A stretch of 64,000 nt of DNA from an uncultured delta proteobacterium (lineage in GTDB: Bacteria > Desulfobacterota > BSN033 > UBA1163). The notes below the pieces were generated by a model that made no database searches, had not been told where the DNA came from, and saw only the letters and a list, made by a program, of their open reading frames with translations. The DNA lies in assembly GCA_963708295.1 (NCBI GenBank), contig CAVPSJ010000001.1, forward strand, positions 32,001 through 96,000. Reading direction: 5' to 3'. Positions within the stretch are counted from its first letter, which is position 1, and each line of letters begins with the position of its first letter. Shown here piece after piece: positions 61,900-64,000 of the stretch. A program made the position numbers and the translations under genes.

Positions 61900-62481
61900 T
61901 TACGGATTCACCTTGAAGAAAAGAGAGTGTTCCACCATTTCACAGAGAATGTGGCCAATGAGAATGTGGGCCTCTTGGATGCGGGGAGTGCTGGTGGAAG
62001 GAACGACCAGAGAAAAATCAACCATCTTTCCGACCATCCCTCCATCGTTTCCGGTGAAGGCGACCGTTTTGATCCCCATCTCCTTAGCTACTTCGAAGGC
62101 CTTGATCATATTGAGGGAGTTCCCGGTCGTGGTGATGCCGATGGCAACATCTCTCTCCTTGCCGAGGGCCCGGAGTTGTTTTGCGAAGATTTCGCTAAAA
62201 GCAAAGTCGTTGGAAACGCTGGTCAGGATGGAAGTGTCTGTGGTCAGGGCAATCGCCGGCAGGGGCGGACGGTTCATGATGTATCGATTGACAAACTCCG
62301 CAGCCATGTGTTGGGCGTCGGCAGCGCTCCCGCCGTTCCCGAAGAAAAAGAGCTTGTTTCCTCCTTCGAAGGTCTGAGAGATCAATCTGATGACATCGAG
62401 AAGTTTGGGAAGATTCTCTTTGAGGAAGCGTGTTTTGACTTCCGAGCTTTCCTTAAATCGCTTCTGAATGATATTTTCCAT
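61900..62481 (-). CDS. gmhA: D-sedoheptulose 7-phosphate isomerase
   Basis: GNGGSAADAQHMAAE, TPRIQEAH. Confidence 0.96.
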   Translation of the reverse strand: MENIIQKRFKESSEVKTRFLKENLPKLLDVIRLISQTFEGGNKLFFFGNGGSAADAQHMAAEFVNRYIMNRPPLPAIALTTDTSILTSVSNDFAFSEIFAKQLRALGKERDVAIGITTTGNSLNMIKAFEVAKEMGIKTVAFTGNDGGMVGKMVDFSLVVPSTSTPRIQEAHILIGHILCEMVEHSLFFKVNP

Positions 62482-62501
62482 TGAAGAAAATATTATACTC
62501 C

Positions 62502-63530
62502 CTATTTTGTCCTGTCAAGGAGACCTTTTGAGCTGGGCAACTCCCAACGGCGATTGAGCCATGTCCATTGGGCAGGGTATTGTCTTATGAAATCCTCGAT
62601 AGCTTTTGTGAACTTTGCTGTCAGTGCTTCGATGTCCTTCTTTTCGTCGGATGTTTTTTCTATTTCGACAGGATGGCCGATGACCAATGTCCATTGAATC
62701 CCGTTCTCTCTCAGGACGAACATAGGCAAAATAGGAGCGCCTGTTTTCAGCGAGAAGAGAGCGGGTCCGGATGGGGTAGAGGCTTTCTGGCCGAAGAACG
62801 GGACAACAATCCCTCCGCGCCTCTGCCGCTCATCCGCCACAAGATAAAGGATCTCATTTCGGTGGAGACAGTTTAAAGATTTTTTGATGGAGGTTGTAAT
62901 CGGTTTAGGGGGGAAGACTTTCTGGCCTACGCTACGGTGATAGGCGTTTATCCTTTTCCATAACCCCGGGAAGTTTTCTTGATTCATCATGACGTTCACG
63001 GGATAGCCTTCAGCAGTCAATCTCGTTCCCAGCAGGGTAAAAGCCCCCAAGTGCGCACCTAAAGCGATCACCCCCCTTTCTCTTGCCAAGGCCTGCTCCA
63101 AATGTTCTTTCCCCCTTATTTTAATCTTCAAGACGAATCGATTAAAAGGAAGGTGGTTCGCGATCAGATAAATGGTTTCTAAAGGAGTAAGCGCGAAATG
63201 GAAGAAGACTTCTTGAGTGAGCCTTCTTATCTGATCCACATCCTTTTCACTTCCAAAAGCTACGGAGAGATTCTGGATCACCCTTTCCCGGTATTTTTTA
63301 TGAAGGCGGAAAACAATCGTCCCGATGATCTTTGCCAGATAGGACAAGGCTTTTGGGGGCAAATGACGAAATATTGGGAGGAAGAAGGTGAGCAGGATAT
63401 TGAGGAAGAAATCCCCAAGCCCGTACGTCATTTTTTTGAAGGAGCTTGTTCCCATAGGGTGGTAGGAGTGGATGAAGACGGTTTGAACCCTATCAACATA
63501 GGATATTTCATGCCGGATTTCAATAGCCAT
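62502..63530 (-). CDS. Lipid A/lysophospholipid acyltransferase (LpxL-like)
   Basis: AHLG, VPFFG, PAQWTWLNRRW; start uncertain. Confidence 0.85.
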   Translation of the reverse strand: MAIEIRHEISYVDRVQTVFIHSYHPMGTSSFKKMTYGLGDFFLNILLTFFLPIFRHLPPKALSYLAKIIGTIVFRLHKKYRERVIQNLSVAFGSEKDVDQIRRLTQEVFFHFALTPLETIYLIANHLPFNRFVLKIKIRGKEHLEQALARERGVIALGAHLGAFTLLGTRLTAEGYPVNVMMNQENFPGLWKRINAYHRSVGQKVFPPKPITTSIKKSLNCLHRNEILYLVADERQRRGGIVVPFFGQKASTPSGPALFSLKTGAPILPMFVLRENGIQWTLVIGHPVEIEKTSDEKKDIEALTAKFTKAIEDFIRQYPAQWTWLNRRWELPSSKGLLDRTK

Positions 63531-63725
63531 GCCGATGCTTTTTCAACCCAGGTTGACGTTTGGAGCTATTTTGTTTATCATGATCCAGTTTTTCACCCGT
63601 TTTTTTCTTCTGGGAGATTTTGTTGTCATCGGGATGGGGGTTAGATACAGGCGGAATCCCGCCCTGCCGGATCAGGCGTCTCGGGTTTAGAATAGGTCTT
63701 AGCCTCAATTCTTTTCAAGGTTGAA

Positions 63726-64000
63726 ATGAGAGTGAAACGCTTTCTGGGGAAATGCTCCGGTTCGCTGACAGGAATCGTGTCTTCCAGCGAGTCCTCTTTT
63801 GCTTTTTTGATATGTCTGCTGGCCCTTACCCTGGTCTACCGGGTTCAACTCACGGTAGGTCTTTTTACGAGCCGAGTCAAGCCCTTTGATTTCATTCCGA
63901 CACAACATCCGGTGTGGTTTACGCTGACCTTATGGTCCTACGATCTTGCCTTCGTCTTCGTTTGTTTCCTGCTCTCTTTGCTCCTATCACGAATGGCATT
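63726..64000 (+). CDS. Membrane protein, N-terminal part (runs off the window)
   Basis: Open frame MRVKRFLG... with two hydrophobic segments to the window end. Confidence 0.5.
   Translation, partial: MRVKRFLGKCSGSLTGIVSSSESSFAFLICLLALTLVYRVQLTVGLFTSRVKPFDFIPTQHPVWFTLTLWSYDLAFVFVCFLLSLLLSRMA

Overview
Bacterial chromosomal window, most consistent with a deltaproteobacterial (Desulfobacterota-like) genome, judged from the ftsH-folP-pdxJ-acpS-nnr-tsaE-lysC-cimA-comEA gene order, the sigma-54 cytochrome b/c module and the ECF module. Most of it is housekeeping, but several features are not visible in the ORF track. (1) A decayed integron at ~8.8-12.3 kb: a truncated divergent intI 5' fragment, a Pc-like promoter, an attI core, two complete attC-bounded cassettes whose 7-bp core sites chain perfectly, two further cassette-like genes, and a group II intron-like 5' fragment at the end. 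(2) A family of intergenic elements with inverted arms built from 7-bp tandem units, sometimes nested, plus several MITEs, one with a perfect TIR and an 8-bp TSD. (3) A nitrogen-oxide theme: an octaheme HAO-like cytochrome upstream of qNor, and a near-identical TTGAC-N4-RTCAA box in front of a ferredoxin-like gene and a ygbA-like gene, with an HcpR-like Crp/Fnr regulator in the window. (4) A sigma-54-driven 11-heme cytochrome c plus cytochrome b operon. (5) An ECF promoter shared by the sigma gene and a secreted repeat protein. Many otherwise intact genes carry single-base (+1) frameshifts that most likely are sequencing or consensus errors. No rRNA, tRNA or CRISPR array was seen.
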